From: Acaryochloris marina S15
GTDB lineage: Bacteria; Cyanobacteriota; Cyanobacteriia; Thermosynechococcales; Thermosynechococcaceae
Direction of reading: 5' to 3'
NCBI RefSeq assembly: GCF_018336915.1
Contig: NZ_CP064923.1
Span: forward strand, 3,532,678 to 3,556,677
DNA length: 24,000 nt
A program made the position numbers and the translations under genes. The notes below the pieces were generated by a model that saw only the letters and a program-made list of their open reading frames with translations, was not told the DNA's origin and ran no database searches. How positions within the stretch are numbered: the first letter of the stretch is position 1; the number at the start of each line of letters is the position of its first letter. Below, piece by piece: positions 1 to 7,928 of this stretch.

Positions 1-1390
1 GCAGCTTCACGGCATAGTTGGAGTCATCGCCTAACTCACCGGTATATTCCAATTCAGCCGTCGCTTGGTAGGGATCACCAAATAGGCCACCATCATTGGG
101 TGGGCCTGTGTTAACTGCGGAGAAACCATTCACCGCAACATAGGCACCCCGTAAAGACACAGGACCGCCATTGAAATTCCAGTCAAAACCAGCACCTGCA
201 CCACCTAAGAAGTTGGTGATGTAAGGAGTAATCAAGGGGTTATTGATCAAGAACCAGGTACTGAAACCTGTAAACGGGCTGGTGTAGCTGTTGCCGTCAA
301 TAATGTCTGTTGGATAATACAACGGTGCCACCGTTACCGCTAAATCTTCGATGGGCTTAAAGGTATAGGCTAAGCGGTAGAGGGTCGCATTATTGGGTAG
401 GCCAGCAAAGTAATACTGACCTGGGTTGAATAAAGGTGCACTTTGGGCGAAGGGCAGTGTTGCAGTACTCCCAACCTGGGCATTGGAGAATAAATCTTGC
501 CCGTTATTACCAAAGAACAACGTGGTTTGTAAGAGGTCATCTCCAGAAAAGCTGGTATTGAAGCTCATGTAAACAGAGCCAATCGCACTTGCCCGAGAGT
601 CTGCCAATTGGTTGACGCCAGGCGTTAAACCATCGGAAGAGTTATCGAAAGCTCGGTTGTCTGAATCACCAAATTGGGCCGTAAAAACAGCGTCAACACT
701 CAATTTAGTCGTAGTGGAGAACTGTTGGGCTTCAACGGTGGCGACCCGAGCCTCAAGGCCGTCAACCCGTCCTCTCAAAGTCGCAAGTTCAGCTGCAAAT
801 TCATCTTGCAGAGCCTTCAGGGCATCCAGATCTTCCTTCGTGGCAAAGCGATTGCTGAGGTTGTCTAGACAGGCGTTGACTAAAGCTGCAGCTTCCCGAC
901 GAGACATGGCTCGCCCCGGACGGAACGTACCATTGGGGTAACCGGCAACACAGCCATAGCGCTCGACTAAGGACTGAATGGCCTGAAAAGCCCAATCATC
1001 AGGCTGAACATCCGATAACTGAGAAACCGAGGTTACTTGCCCCACGGAATCAGTTTGGGTTTCCTCCATCAAATCTGCAACAGAAGAAGACACTGGAGTA
1101 GAGTGATTGGCTAATTGTAAGGACTCTACTTCTGCAACTGTAGTGCTAGAAGTCTCATCAGACTTGATATCAATCTCTTCTAATACCTCAGGGGTAGTAA
1201 AGAGGGCTTGAGCTTCCTCACTATCATCAATCTCAGAGTTGAGAGCTAACTCCAAAGAGGGGATCGCAGTGATATCTGCTTGCACTTCTTCCAAAGCGGT
1301 GGGTTCTACTGCCCCCACAGCAGTAGGCAACAAACATGCCCATAAAGCGAGAGATGAAAAAACTAGGGATTTATCCCGAATACTGGTCAT
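1..1390 (-). CDS. SLH-domain / OprB-family outer-membrane porin; the 3' end runs off the window and the gene is absent from the supplied ORF track
   Basis: My own reverse-strand translation from the ATG at 1390 stays open to position 1. It begins with signal peptide MTSIRDKSLVFSSLALWACLLPTAVGA/VEP, followed by a roughly 110-aa acidic linker. An SLH motif follows: SQLSDVQPDDWAFQAIQSLVERYGCVAGYPNGTFRPGRAMSRREAAALVNACL. Next is a coiled coil (KEDLDALKALQDEFAAELATLRGRVDGLEARVATVEAQQF), then Gly/Asn/aromatic-rich beta-barrel-like sequence (…SVYMSFNTSFSGDDLLQTTLFFGNNGQDLFSN…). This architecture is typical of cyanobacterial porins. Confidence 0.85.
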   Translation of the reverse strand, partial: MTSIRDKSLVFSSLALWACLLPTAVGAVEPTALEEVQADITAIPSLELALNSEIDDSEEAQALFTTPEVLEEIDIKSDETSSTTVAEVESLQLANHSTPVSSSVADLMEETQTDSVGQVTSVSQLSDVQPDDWAFQAIQSLVERYGCVAGYPNGTFRPGRAMSRREAAALVNACLDNLSNRFATKEDLDALKALQDEFAAELATLRGRVDGLEARVATVEAQQFSTTTKLSVDAVFTAQFGDSDNRAFDNSSDGLTPGVNQLADSRASAIGSVYMSFNTSFSGDDLLQTTLFFGNNGQDLFSNAQVGSTATLPFAQSAPLFNPGQYYFAGLPNNATLYRLAYTFKPIEDLAVTVAPLYYPTDIIDGNSYTSPFTGFSTWFLINNPLITPYITNFLGGAGAGFDWNFNGGPVSLRGAYVAVNGFSAVNTGPPNDGGLFGDPYQATAELEYTGELGDDSNYAVKL

Positions 1391-1659
1391 ATAAAAATCC
1401 TCACACACACCTAGAACTTCGATTCAGAACTTGAATCTGTTCTTAAAACTTAAACATTTCATCAAAAGCAAGAAACTGACTGCTTAGCCACAGACACTAA
1501 ATACAAATAATTTAGGTGTTATGGAAGCTTTTGTGTGTTAAATCAGGTCGACATTAGTCTATAAAAACGTATCAATTGGCTATGGAACTGTAGCCAGTTA
1601 GACAAAGCACTAGCCTTTAAACACTTTGGTCATATTGCTTAGATGACAATTTCCTAACT

Positions 1660-1697
1660 CTTATATTAAGGCAGCCTTAGTAGATCCTTAATATAAG
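1660..1697. repeat. Perfect 12-bp inverted repeat (hairpin) in the AT-rich spacer
   Basis: CTTATATTAAGG (1660-1671), a 14-nt loop, then CCTTAATATAAG (1686-1697). The two arms are exact reverse complements. Confidence 0.6.
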
Positions 1698-1736
1698 TCC
1701 CCCAAATACAACTACGGTATAGCAGGTATTTTTTTT

Positions 1737-1750
1737 GTAAAATACAATAC
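1737..1750. promoter_or_regulatory. Perfect NtcA-type box GTAN8TAC
   Basis: GTAAAATACAATAC matches GTA-N8-TAC. No TAN3T -10 box lies at the canonical 20-23 nt on either side; the nearest are 15 nt (plus strand) and 17 nt (minus strand) away. Confidence 0.25.
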
Positions 1751-2083
1751 AAATTAAAGAACAATTAAACTTGTGATTTCTTGGAATCTAAAAAGACTGA
1801 TACCCAAGAAATATATGAGTGCTTGAATAAGTGAACTTTGGCGATATATTTTGAGGGCGTTGAGTAATTTCATTATAAAAACTCACTTCATATATCACAT
1901 ATTGTCAGCCTTGCCAAAGATTTTCTTTAGAGCTATGAAAAGAATATTTCTCAACGGAACTTCAAAGCTAAAAATAGAATTGCATTAATTATTGAAGATA
2001 TTTCTCAATTATTAGCTTGAGATCAAAGAAATTTGTGAATTCCTCATGGTAGTGGCGAGTAATAGACAAGCTGAAGAGAAGAT

Positions 2084-2126
2084 ATCTTAGCCGAACTTGA
2101 GTATCAATAGAGGTATGTGAGTATAC
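2084..2126 (-). promoter_or_regulatory. Candidate NtcA-type (class II) promoter firing leftward on the minus strand
   Basis: A perfect GTATGTGAGTATAC box lies at 2113-2126. After 23 nt, the plus-strand ATCTTA at 2084-2089 reads TAAGAT on the minus strand, matching TAN3T. This fits the GTAN8TAC-N(20-23)-TAN3T architecture. Confidence 0.3.
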
Positions 2127-2357
2127 TCCAAATGGGCAATTTATTCTAAAAAAAACCAAATTAGGTGTTTAGCTAGTATTAGCAGATGTTGAGCTTTATA
2201 GCGATACTCAATGGCTTTAGTGACTATGTTCTAACGCCAGGAAAAACCTTGGAATTTAACTTTTTGTTAATAAAAACAATAAATCTTCCTAGTCTTTACA
2301 GAGCAAGGGTTATAGGCGATGACTTATTTCATAAATAGGAAGAATAGCAGATTTTCT

Positions 2358-2400
2358 GTATCAGAGATAACATTTTTCTTGCAGGTTAAATCTCTAGTAT
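2358..2400 (+). promoter_or_regulatory. Candidate NtcA-activated promoter of the urt operon
   Basis: GTATCAGAGATAAC (2358-2371) is GTAN8AAC, one mismatch from the consensus. It is followed after 23 nt by TAGTAT (2395-2400, TAN3T). The predicted transcription start is near 2406, about 205 nt upstream of the urtA ATG. Confidence 0.4.
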
Positions 2401-2410
2401 TTTCTGTTAC
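2397..2410. promoter_or_regulatory. Second, perfect NtcA-type box overlapping the -10 element of the previous feature
   Basis: GTATTTTCTGTTAC matches GTA-N8-TAC. The nearest downstream TAN3T is TATATT at 2441-2446, 30 nt away, which is non-canonical spacing. Confidence 0.3.
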
Positions 2411-2611
2411 AGGTCATGTTGCCAGGAATCAGCAATCATTTATATTGTGCTAATCAAAGACCAAAGCAACTGAATTAGGGGGAAGATCGAAACTGTTTCT
2501 TCGGAGATTGAGAAAAAATTGACCACCTAGACATGTGATGCTAGCAATCTGTTAATCAATAAACATGTCTGTATTTATCAAGTTACTTTGTTTTGTGGAG
2601 TGAATCGGTTT

Positions 2612-3904
2612 ATGGCCAGAGGATTTGGTCGGCGCGAATTCCTAATTATGGGTTCCGTCGCTTCAGGGAGTGTGCTGCTCAAAGCCTGTACACCCGGTAG
2701 TCAGGACAGTGGAAGCACAGATGGTGGTAGTCCTTCCGGTGACACCATCAAGGTGGGGATTCTCCACTCTTTGAGTGGCACCATGGCAATCAGCGAGAAA
2801 AGTGTTGTAGACGCTGAGAAATTAGCCATTAAAGAAATTAATGCAGCAGGAGGCGTCTTAGGGAAGCAGATCGAGGCCATTACGGAAGATGGTCAGTCTG
2901 ACTGGGATAAGTTCTCAGAAAAAGCGAAAAAGCTGATTGAACAAGACAAGGTCGTGACCGTCTTTGGTTGCTGGACCTCTGCCAGTAGAAAAGCGGTCAA
3001 GCCTGTATTTGAGTCCAAAGACCATATGCTGTGGTATCCCGTTCAATATGAAGGCCAAGAATGCTCCAAGAACATTTTCTATACGGGCGCAGCACCTAAC
3101 CAGCAAATCGAGCCTTCTGTTGATTGGCTGCTGGAAGAATACAAGGGCAAGCCTTTCTTTTTAGTGGGGTCTGACTACGTTTTCCCCCGTACTGCTAACA
3201 CCATCATCAAAGCTCAGCTAGAAGCGAAGGGTGGTAAGCATGTGGGTGAAGAATATATCCAACTGGGTAGTACGGATGTCACTCCTGTCATTGCCAAAAT
3301 CCAAGCTGCCCTCCCTGAGGGTGGTGTCATTTATAACAGCCTGAATGGCGATACGAATGTTGCCTTCTTTAAGCAATTGCAAGGTAAAGGGCTAGGCCCA
3401 GATAAATACCCCTCTATGTCAGTCAGTATTGCTGAAGAAGAGGTGAAGGCCATTGGTGTTGAATACCTCAAAGATCACTATGCGGCTTGGAATTACTTCC
3501 AAACCGTTGATTCTCCTGAAAGCAAAAAGTTTGTAGAAGCTTTCAAGAAGGAATATGGTGAGGATCGGGTCGTTAATGACCCTATGGAAGCGTCTTACAT
3601 CATGGTGTATCTATGGAAGCAGGCTGTAGAGGAAGCAGGTACTGCTGATGATCTAGAGAAAGTAAGAGCTGCTGCTATTGGCCAAGAATTTGCAGCACCG
3701 AATGGTCCTGTTAAGGTTGCGGGCAATCACCATATTTCCAAGACAGTGAGAATCGGCAAGATTGGAGAGGATGGTCTCTTTGAAATTGTCAATTCCACCG
3801 ATGGTCCTGTGGAACCCATTGCTTGGAACCAGTTTGTGAAAGATACCAAGGGATATGCCTGTGATTGGTCTGATCCCAATAAAGGCGAGAAATATAAGAT
3901 CTAA
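2612..3904 (+). CDS. urtA: Urea ABC transporter, periplasmic substrate-binding lipoprotein UrtA
   Basis: The ORF is in the supplied track. I prefer the ATG at 2612 ([26 protein letters not shown]) over the TTG at 2588. It has an RR-containing signal peptide plus an LKAC lipobox-like cysteine, as in cyanobacterial NrtA/CmpA/UrtA. The body is a LivK/amide-binding fold ([16 protein letters not shown]…). It is the first gene of a five-gene urt cluster. Confidence 0.93.
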   Translation: MARGFGRREFLIMGSVASGSVLLKACTPGSQDSGSTDGGSPSGDTIKVGILHSLSGTMAISEKSVVDAEKLAIKEINAAGGVLGKQIEAITEDGQSDWDKFSEKAKKLIEQDKVVTVFGCWTSASRKAVKPVFESKDHMLWYPVQYEGQECSKNIFYTGAAPNQQIEPSVDWLLEEYKGKPFFLVGSDYVFPRTANTIIKAQLEAKGGKHVGEEYIQLGSTDVTPVIAKIQAALPEGGVIYNSLNGDTNVAFFKQLQGKGLGPDKYPSMSVSIAEEEVKAIGVEYLKDHYAAWNYFQTVDSPESKKFVEAFKKEYGEDRVVNDPMEASYIMVYLWKQAVEEAGTADDLEKVRAAAIGQEFAAPNGPVKVAGNHHISKTVRIGKIGEDGLFEIVNSTDGPVEPIAWNQFVKDTKGYACDWSDPNKGEKYKI

Positions 3905-3950
3905 GCCTCGCCTACCGTTATCAACAACCTTTTAACCATGAGGAGATGCT

Positions 3951-5111
3951 TTGCTCACTTCGTTATTGGATGGTTTGTTTGATGGCATCAGCATAGGCTC
4001 AGTGCTGCTTTTAGCGGCATTGGGCCTTGCCATTGTTTTTGGCCTCATGGGTGTGATCAACATGGCCCATGGGGAATTGATGATGATCGGTGCCTATACA
4101 ACATTCGTTGTCCAGAATGCCTTTAAGTCCTTTGGTCAACCTTGGTTCGGTGCCTACATTTTTGTGGCATTGATCTGTGCTTTCTTCGTTACTGCTTTAT
4201 TGGGGCTAATTCTTGAAAAAGGGGTGATTCGCCACCTCTACGGCAGGCCGTTAGAGACACTACTGGCTACCTGGGGCGTCAGCTTAATCCTGCGACAGTT
4301 TGTGCGGAGTGTGAGCTGGGTAATGGTGCTGGGATTAGGCGTTTTTTGTGTCCTTTATTTTGGGGCTATGGCCATTCTTTCTCGAAGGCCAAACGTCGAA
4401 AAGATCCGGGGTTGGGCGCGTACTGTTTTAATCCCTCTCTCGGCTGGAATTGCCTGGTCAGCCGGTAACATGCTGGGTCAAACCTATCAGCTAGCAGCGA
4501 CCAAACCTTGGTTCGGTGCACAGAATGTAGATGTTACTGCACCAGGTTGGCTGCGCAAGGGGATCAAGCTGGGTACCTATCAGCTACCCTATGTCCGTTT
4601 GTTTATCCTGGTGTTGACGATCGTCTGCATCCTTGGCATGTACCTATTTTTGCAACGCTCTGCCTGGGGACTTCGTATTCGAGCGGTCACTCAAAATCGG
4701 AGTATGAGTGCTTGTTTAGGCATTCCCACAGAGCGAGTGGATGCCCTTACCTTTGCTTTAGGGTCAGGGTTGGCAGGGGTTGCGGGCTGTGCAGTCAGTT
4801 TATTAGGCTCAGTGGGTCCAAATACAGGCCAGAACTATATTGTGGATACCTTTATGGTTGTTGTTGTGGGGGGGGTTGGCAAGCTAGTGGGCAGTATTGT
4901 AGCGGCAATGGCTATCGGCATCGCCAATTACATGATTGGTGCTGATGCCCTGAGTCCGCTAGTATCCTGGTTCCCCCAATTAGCAGCTGTTCTACAGTTC
5001 TTTGCCAACGCTAGCATGGCGAAAGTCCTTGTCTTTGCTCTCATTGTTACGTTCTTGCAATTCCGACCGGCTGGCATATTCCCCCAAAAAGGACGCATGG
5101 TAGATGCTTAA
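3951..5111 (+). CDS. urtB: Urea ABC transporter permease UrtB
   Basis: LivH-family polytopic membrane protein (…GLMGVINMAHGELMMIGAYTTF…). The TTG start at 3951 is preceded by AGGAGA at 3941-3946. It sits second in the urt cluster. Confidence 0.92.
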   Translation: MLTSLLDGLFDGISIGSVLLLAALGLAIVFGLMGVINMAHGELMMIGAYTTFVVQNAFKSFGQPWFGAYIFVALICAFFVTALLGLILEKGVIRHLYGRPLETLLATWGVSLILRQFVRSVSWVMVLGLGVFCVLYFGAMAILSRRPNVEKIRGWARTVLIPLSAGIAWSAGNMLGQTYQLAATKPWFGAQNVDVTAPGWLRKGIKLGTYQLPYVRLFILVLTIVCILGMYLFLQRSAWGLRIRAVTQNRSMSACLGIPTERVDALTFALGSGLAGVAGCAVSLLGSVGPNTGQNYIVDTFMVVVVGGVGKLVGSIVAAMAIGIANYMIGADALSPLVSWFPQLAAVLQFFANASMAKVLVFALIVTFLQFRPAGIFPQKGRMVDA

Positions 5112-5120
5112 AAGCAGCAT

Positions 5121-6299
5121 ATGATTACAGATTCTCCTCCCGTAAAGTCCTCATCTGCCATGCGCCGACGCTCTTTGGTGATCGAAGGGGTGATTGTGGT
5201 TGCGATCTCACTTCTGATTCTGTTTGGGGCTCCTCAATTTCTGACAGCCATCGGTCAAGAATTTCGCATCAATATGCTAGGCCGCTTTATGGCCTTAGCG
5301 ATTGTAGCTTTGGGAATTGACCTCATCTGGGGCTACACCGGGATGCTGAGCTTAGGCCACGGCATCTTTTTCTCCCTAGGGGGATATGCCCTAGCTATGT
5401 TTCTACAGCTCCAACTCCCAGAAGGTCAGCTCCCAGAATTCTTCACCCTATTTGGTGTAGATAAGCTTCCCTGGTTTTGGCAACCGTTTCACTCCTTGCC
5501 CTTTACCTTGATGGCAATTGTATTTATTCCTGCCACCATTGCTGGCCTGTTAGGCTACCTAGTGTTTCGCAACCGTATTCGAGGCGTTTACTTCTCGATC
5601 CTTACCCAAGCATCTCTGATTGTCTTCTTTAACTTTTTTAATAGCCAACAGAAGCTAATCAACGGCACAAATGGCCTTAAAACCGATACCACTAAAATAT
5701 TTGGGGTCTATGCAGGATCAGATCAAGCCCAGTCTGTTTTCTATACCCTCACGGTCCTTTTCTTAGTACTGGCCTATTTCCTCTGTCGTTGGTTGACCAG
5801 TGGCCGGCTCGGTCGGTTACTGATCGCGATTCGGGACGACGAAAGTCGGGTGAGATTTTCTGGATATGATCCAACGGGATTCAAAGTTTTGGTATTTGCC
5901 GTATCAGCCGGTCTTGCAGGAATGGCAGGGGCGCTCTATACCGTCCAATCTGGGATTATCTCTCCCAAAACCATGGATATTGCCTTTTCCATTGAGATGG
6001 TGATTTGGGTCGCGGTTGGGGGAAGAGCCAGTTTAATTGGTGCCATTTTGGGAGCATTGATCGTTAATTTTGCTAGAAGTATCTTGACTGAGCAATTCCC
6101 AGAAATTTGGCTATTTTTTCAGGGGGCATTGTTCTTGGTGGTGGTTACGGTCCTCCCCGGCGGATTTATCGGTTGGTTACGAAACGAAGGACAGGAACTG
6201 TTTCGATCTTTAATTGGGCGACCCCGACGAGTGATGACTTATCCCAGTTTGTCTGAAGATCCGGAAGTGGAGTATGAGCGACAAAATCTTAGAAATTGA
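5121..6299 (+). CDS. urtC: Urea ABC transporter permease UrtC
   Basis: LivM-family membrane protein (…GIDLIWGYTGMLSLGHGIFFSLGGYA…). The ATG at 5121 lies 9 nt after the urtB stop. Confidence 0.92.
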   Translation: MITDSPPVKSSSAMRRRSLVIEGVIVVAISLLILFGAPQFLTAIGQEFRINMLGRFMALAIVALGIDLIWGYTGMLSLGHGIFFSLGGYALAMFLQLQLPEGQLPEFFTLFGVDKLPWFWQPFHSLPFTLMAIVFIPATIAGLLGYLVFRNRIRGVYFSILTQASLIVFFNFFNSQQKLINGTNGLKTDTTKIFGVYAGSDQAQSVFYTLTVLFLVLAYFLCRWLTSGRLGRLLIAIRDDESRVRFSGYDPTGFKVLVFAVSAGLAGMAGALYTVQSGIISPKTMDIAFSIEMVIWVAVGGRASLIGAILGALIVNFARSILTEQFPEIWLFFQGALFLVVVTVLPGGFIGWLRNEGQELFRSLIGRPRRVMTYPSLSEDPEVEYERQNLRN

Positions 6300-7029
6300 A
6301 AATGTAACCGTCAGCTTTGAAGGATTCAAAGCCCTCAATCAGCTCAACTTCAGCATGGAGACAGGAGAGCTGCGGGTTATTATTGGCCCCAATGGAGCAG
6401 GGAAAACCACCTTCTTGGATGTGATTACGGGCAAGGTTCAACCCACGACGGGGAGAGCACTATTCAAAGGTAAAAACCTCCGAGCCAGATCCGAGCACAA
6501 TATCTCTCGACTAGGAATTGGTCGTAAGTTTCAAACGCCGCGGGTCTATTTACAACTCACCCCCCGGGAAAACTTAGATTTATCCTGCAATCGTCATAAA
6601 AATGTGCTGGCAACCTTAATGGGACACCCTTCAGGACCAGAACGTCGCACCGTTTCTGGCTTGCTAGAAACCATTGGCTTAACGACAAAGGGAGATATTC
6701 CAGCAGCGCTGCTGTCCCATGGCGAAAAGCAGCGCCTTGAAATTGGCATGTTGGTGGCTCAATCCCCCGATTTACTACTGGTGGATGAGCCCGTTGCTGG
6801 CCTGACCGACGAAGAAACAGAGAACGTTGGCGACCTATTGCTCACCCTGGCCAAAAGCCACTCAATCATTGTGATTGAGCATGACATGGAATTTGTCCGC
6901 CAGATTGCCAGACAAGTCACGGTGTTACATCAAGGCAGCGTCTTGTTTGAAGGCAACATGGATGAAGTACAAACGAATCCCCAAGTGATTGAAGTCTATT
7001 TGGGACAGCCGGAGGAAGACGATGGTTAA
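6274..7029 (+). CDS. urtD: Urea ABC transporter ATP-binding protein UrtD
   Basis: Walker A GPNGAGKTT, signature LSHGEKQRLEIG and Walker B LLLVDEP. It overlaps the urtC 3' end by 26 nt. Confidence 0.93.
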   Translation: MSDKILEIENVTVSFEGFKALNQLNFSMETGELRVIIGPNGAGKTTFLDVITGKVQPTTGRALFKGKNLRARSEHNISRLGIGRKFQTPRVYLQLTPRENLDLSCNRHKNVLATLMGHPSGPERRTVSGLLETIGLTTKGDIPAALLSHGEKQRLEIGMLVAQSPDLLLVDEPVAGLTDEETENVGDLLLTLAKSHSIIVIEHDMEFVRQIARQVTVLHQGSVLFEGNMDEVQTNPQVIEVYLGQPEEDDG

Positions 7030-7765
7030 TCAGGCATCATCCCAGACTCACTCCCCCCAGGCTCTACTGGATATCTCGAACCTCAACGTTTACTATGGCG
7101 AGAGCCATATTCTCCGCAATGTTGATTTGAGCGTTGGCCCTGGAAAAATGGTTTGCCTCATTGGTCGGAATGGCGTGGGCAAAACCACCTTACTCAAGAC
7201 GATTTTAGGGTTGCTGTCTCCCCGGACGGGCAACATTGTGTTGGAGGGACAGTCAGTCCTGAATAAAACCTCCGATCAGCGGGCTCGGCTGGGGGTGGGG
7301 TATGTCCCTCAAGGTCGGGAAATTATTCCCAGTCTCACGGTCCAGGAAAACTTACTTTTAGGACTAGAGGCTCGACCCCGAGGTCGAAAAAAAAGTGACA
7401 CCATCCCCGAACAGGTCTTTCAACTCTTTCCGGTCTTAGCCAGTATGTTAGGCCGAATGGGAGGAGATCTCAGTGGTGGCCAACAGCAGCAGCTAGCCAT
7501 TGCTAGAGCATTAGTGGGAAAGCCGCGCCTATTAGTCCTCGATGAACCCACAGAAGGCATTCAGCCATCGATTATTCTAGAAATTGAAGCCGCTGTGCGA
7601 CGGATTGTTGAAACGACAGGAGTCTCTGTGCTCTTGGTTGAACAACATCTTCACTTTGTGCGCCAGGCAGATTGGTATTACGCCATGCAGAAAGGGGGCA
7701 TCGTTGCATCTGGTTCAACCGATGAGCTGAGTAATCAGGTGATCCAGGAGTTTCTTGCTGTTTGA
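7022..7765 (+). CDS. urtE: Urea ABC transporter ATP-binding protein UrtE
   Basis: Walker A GRNGVGKTT, signature LSGGQQQQLAIA and Walker B LLVLDEP. I prefer the ATG at 7022 (GGAGGA at 7011-7016, 5 nt upstream; 8-nt overlap with the urtD stop) over the track's TTG at 6989. Confidence 0.9.
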   Translation: MVNQASSQTHSPQALLDISNLNVYYGESHILRNVDLSVGPGKMVCLIGRNGVGKTTLLKTILGLLSPRTGNIVLEGQSVLNKTSDQRARLGVGYVPQGREIIPSLTVQENLLLGLEARPRGRKKSDTIPEQVFQLFPVLASMLGRMGGDLSGGQQQQLAIARALVGKPRLLVLDEPTEGIQPSIILEIEAAVRRIVETTGVSVLLVEQHLHFVRQADWYYAMQKGGIVASGSTDELSNQVIQEFLAV

Positions 7766-7928
7766 CCCTTGTATGCCTGGGCTGGCCCAATAACAATTGA
7801 GACAAATGCTATCTGACCTATAAACATGATTTTAGAGAGATAAGCGAATAAAACGCTAGAATTGCAATTCGTTCCTAATTGACCAGCACTTTACGCTGTC
7901 ATAGGGTTCTATGCGTCCGGATATAGTG

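Noticed and set aside
612-995. Three track ORFs (612-941 +, 674-868 +, 801-995 -) inside the porin region
   Set aside because: They overlap the long, motif-rich minus-strand porin frame (SLH domain, coiled coil). Their translations are low-complexity Ser/Arg/Ala strings, typical of shadow ORFs opposite or out of frame with a real gene.
1944-2008. 11-nt direct repeat ATATTTCTCAA (1944-1954 and 1998-2008) and the 9-10-nt TTAGGTGTT repeat (about 1511 and about 2161)
   Set aside because: Repeats of this length are expected about once by chance in 1.2 kb of AT-biased sequence. They show no further periodicity or flanking structure.
2186-2338. A 50-aa ATG-initiated ORF (MLSFIAILNGFSDYVLTPGK…) in the AT-rich spacer upstream of urtA
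   Set aside because: It has no ribosome-binding site and no recognisable motif. My rough estimate is that about one ORF of this length is expected by chance among the ATGs in six frames of a 1.2-kb AT-rich region.
2411-2611. Possible riboswitch in the urtA leader (guanidine/ykkC-type or glutamine glnA-RNA type, both linked to nitrogen transporters)
   Set aside because: I could not find the conserved cores I remember for these RNAs (for example the GGGA/ACGR-rich ykkC core or the glnA-RNA E-loop). The leader is AT-rich and has only an 8-bp inverted repeat (AGACATGT at 2529-2536 and ACATGTCT at 2563-2570). A covariance-model scan would be decisive.
2915-3164. Small track ORFs within urtA (2915-3106 -, 2964-3164 +)
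   Set aside because: They are embedded in the well-supported urtA frame, and their translations have no features.
4868-4875. G8 homopolymer in urtB, and also A8 in urtE at 7387-7394
   Set aside because: They could in principle be slippage-prone. However, both read in frame through conserved protein sequence (VVVGGVGK; RGRKKSD), and there is no evidence of phase variation in this lineage. They are most likely incidental.
4508-4945. 145-aa alternative-frame ORF inside urtB
   Set aside because: It lies on the same strand as the strongly supported LivH-family frame but out of frame with it. Its Cys/Arg/Gly-rich translation is typical of an off-frame read of a GC-richer membrane gene.
7859-7870. 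Perfect 12-nt palindrome GAATTGCAATTC about 40-60 nt upstream of the GST gene
   Set aside because: It could be an operator, but it is a single short AT-rich palindrome with no second copy or known consensus. That is too little to support a call.
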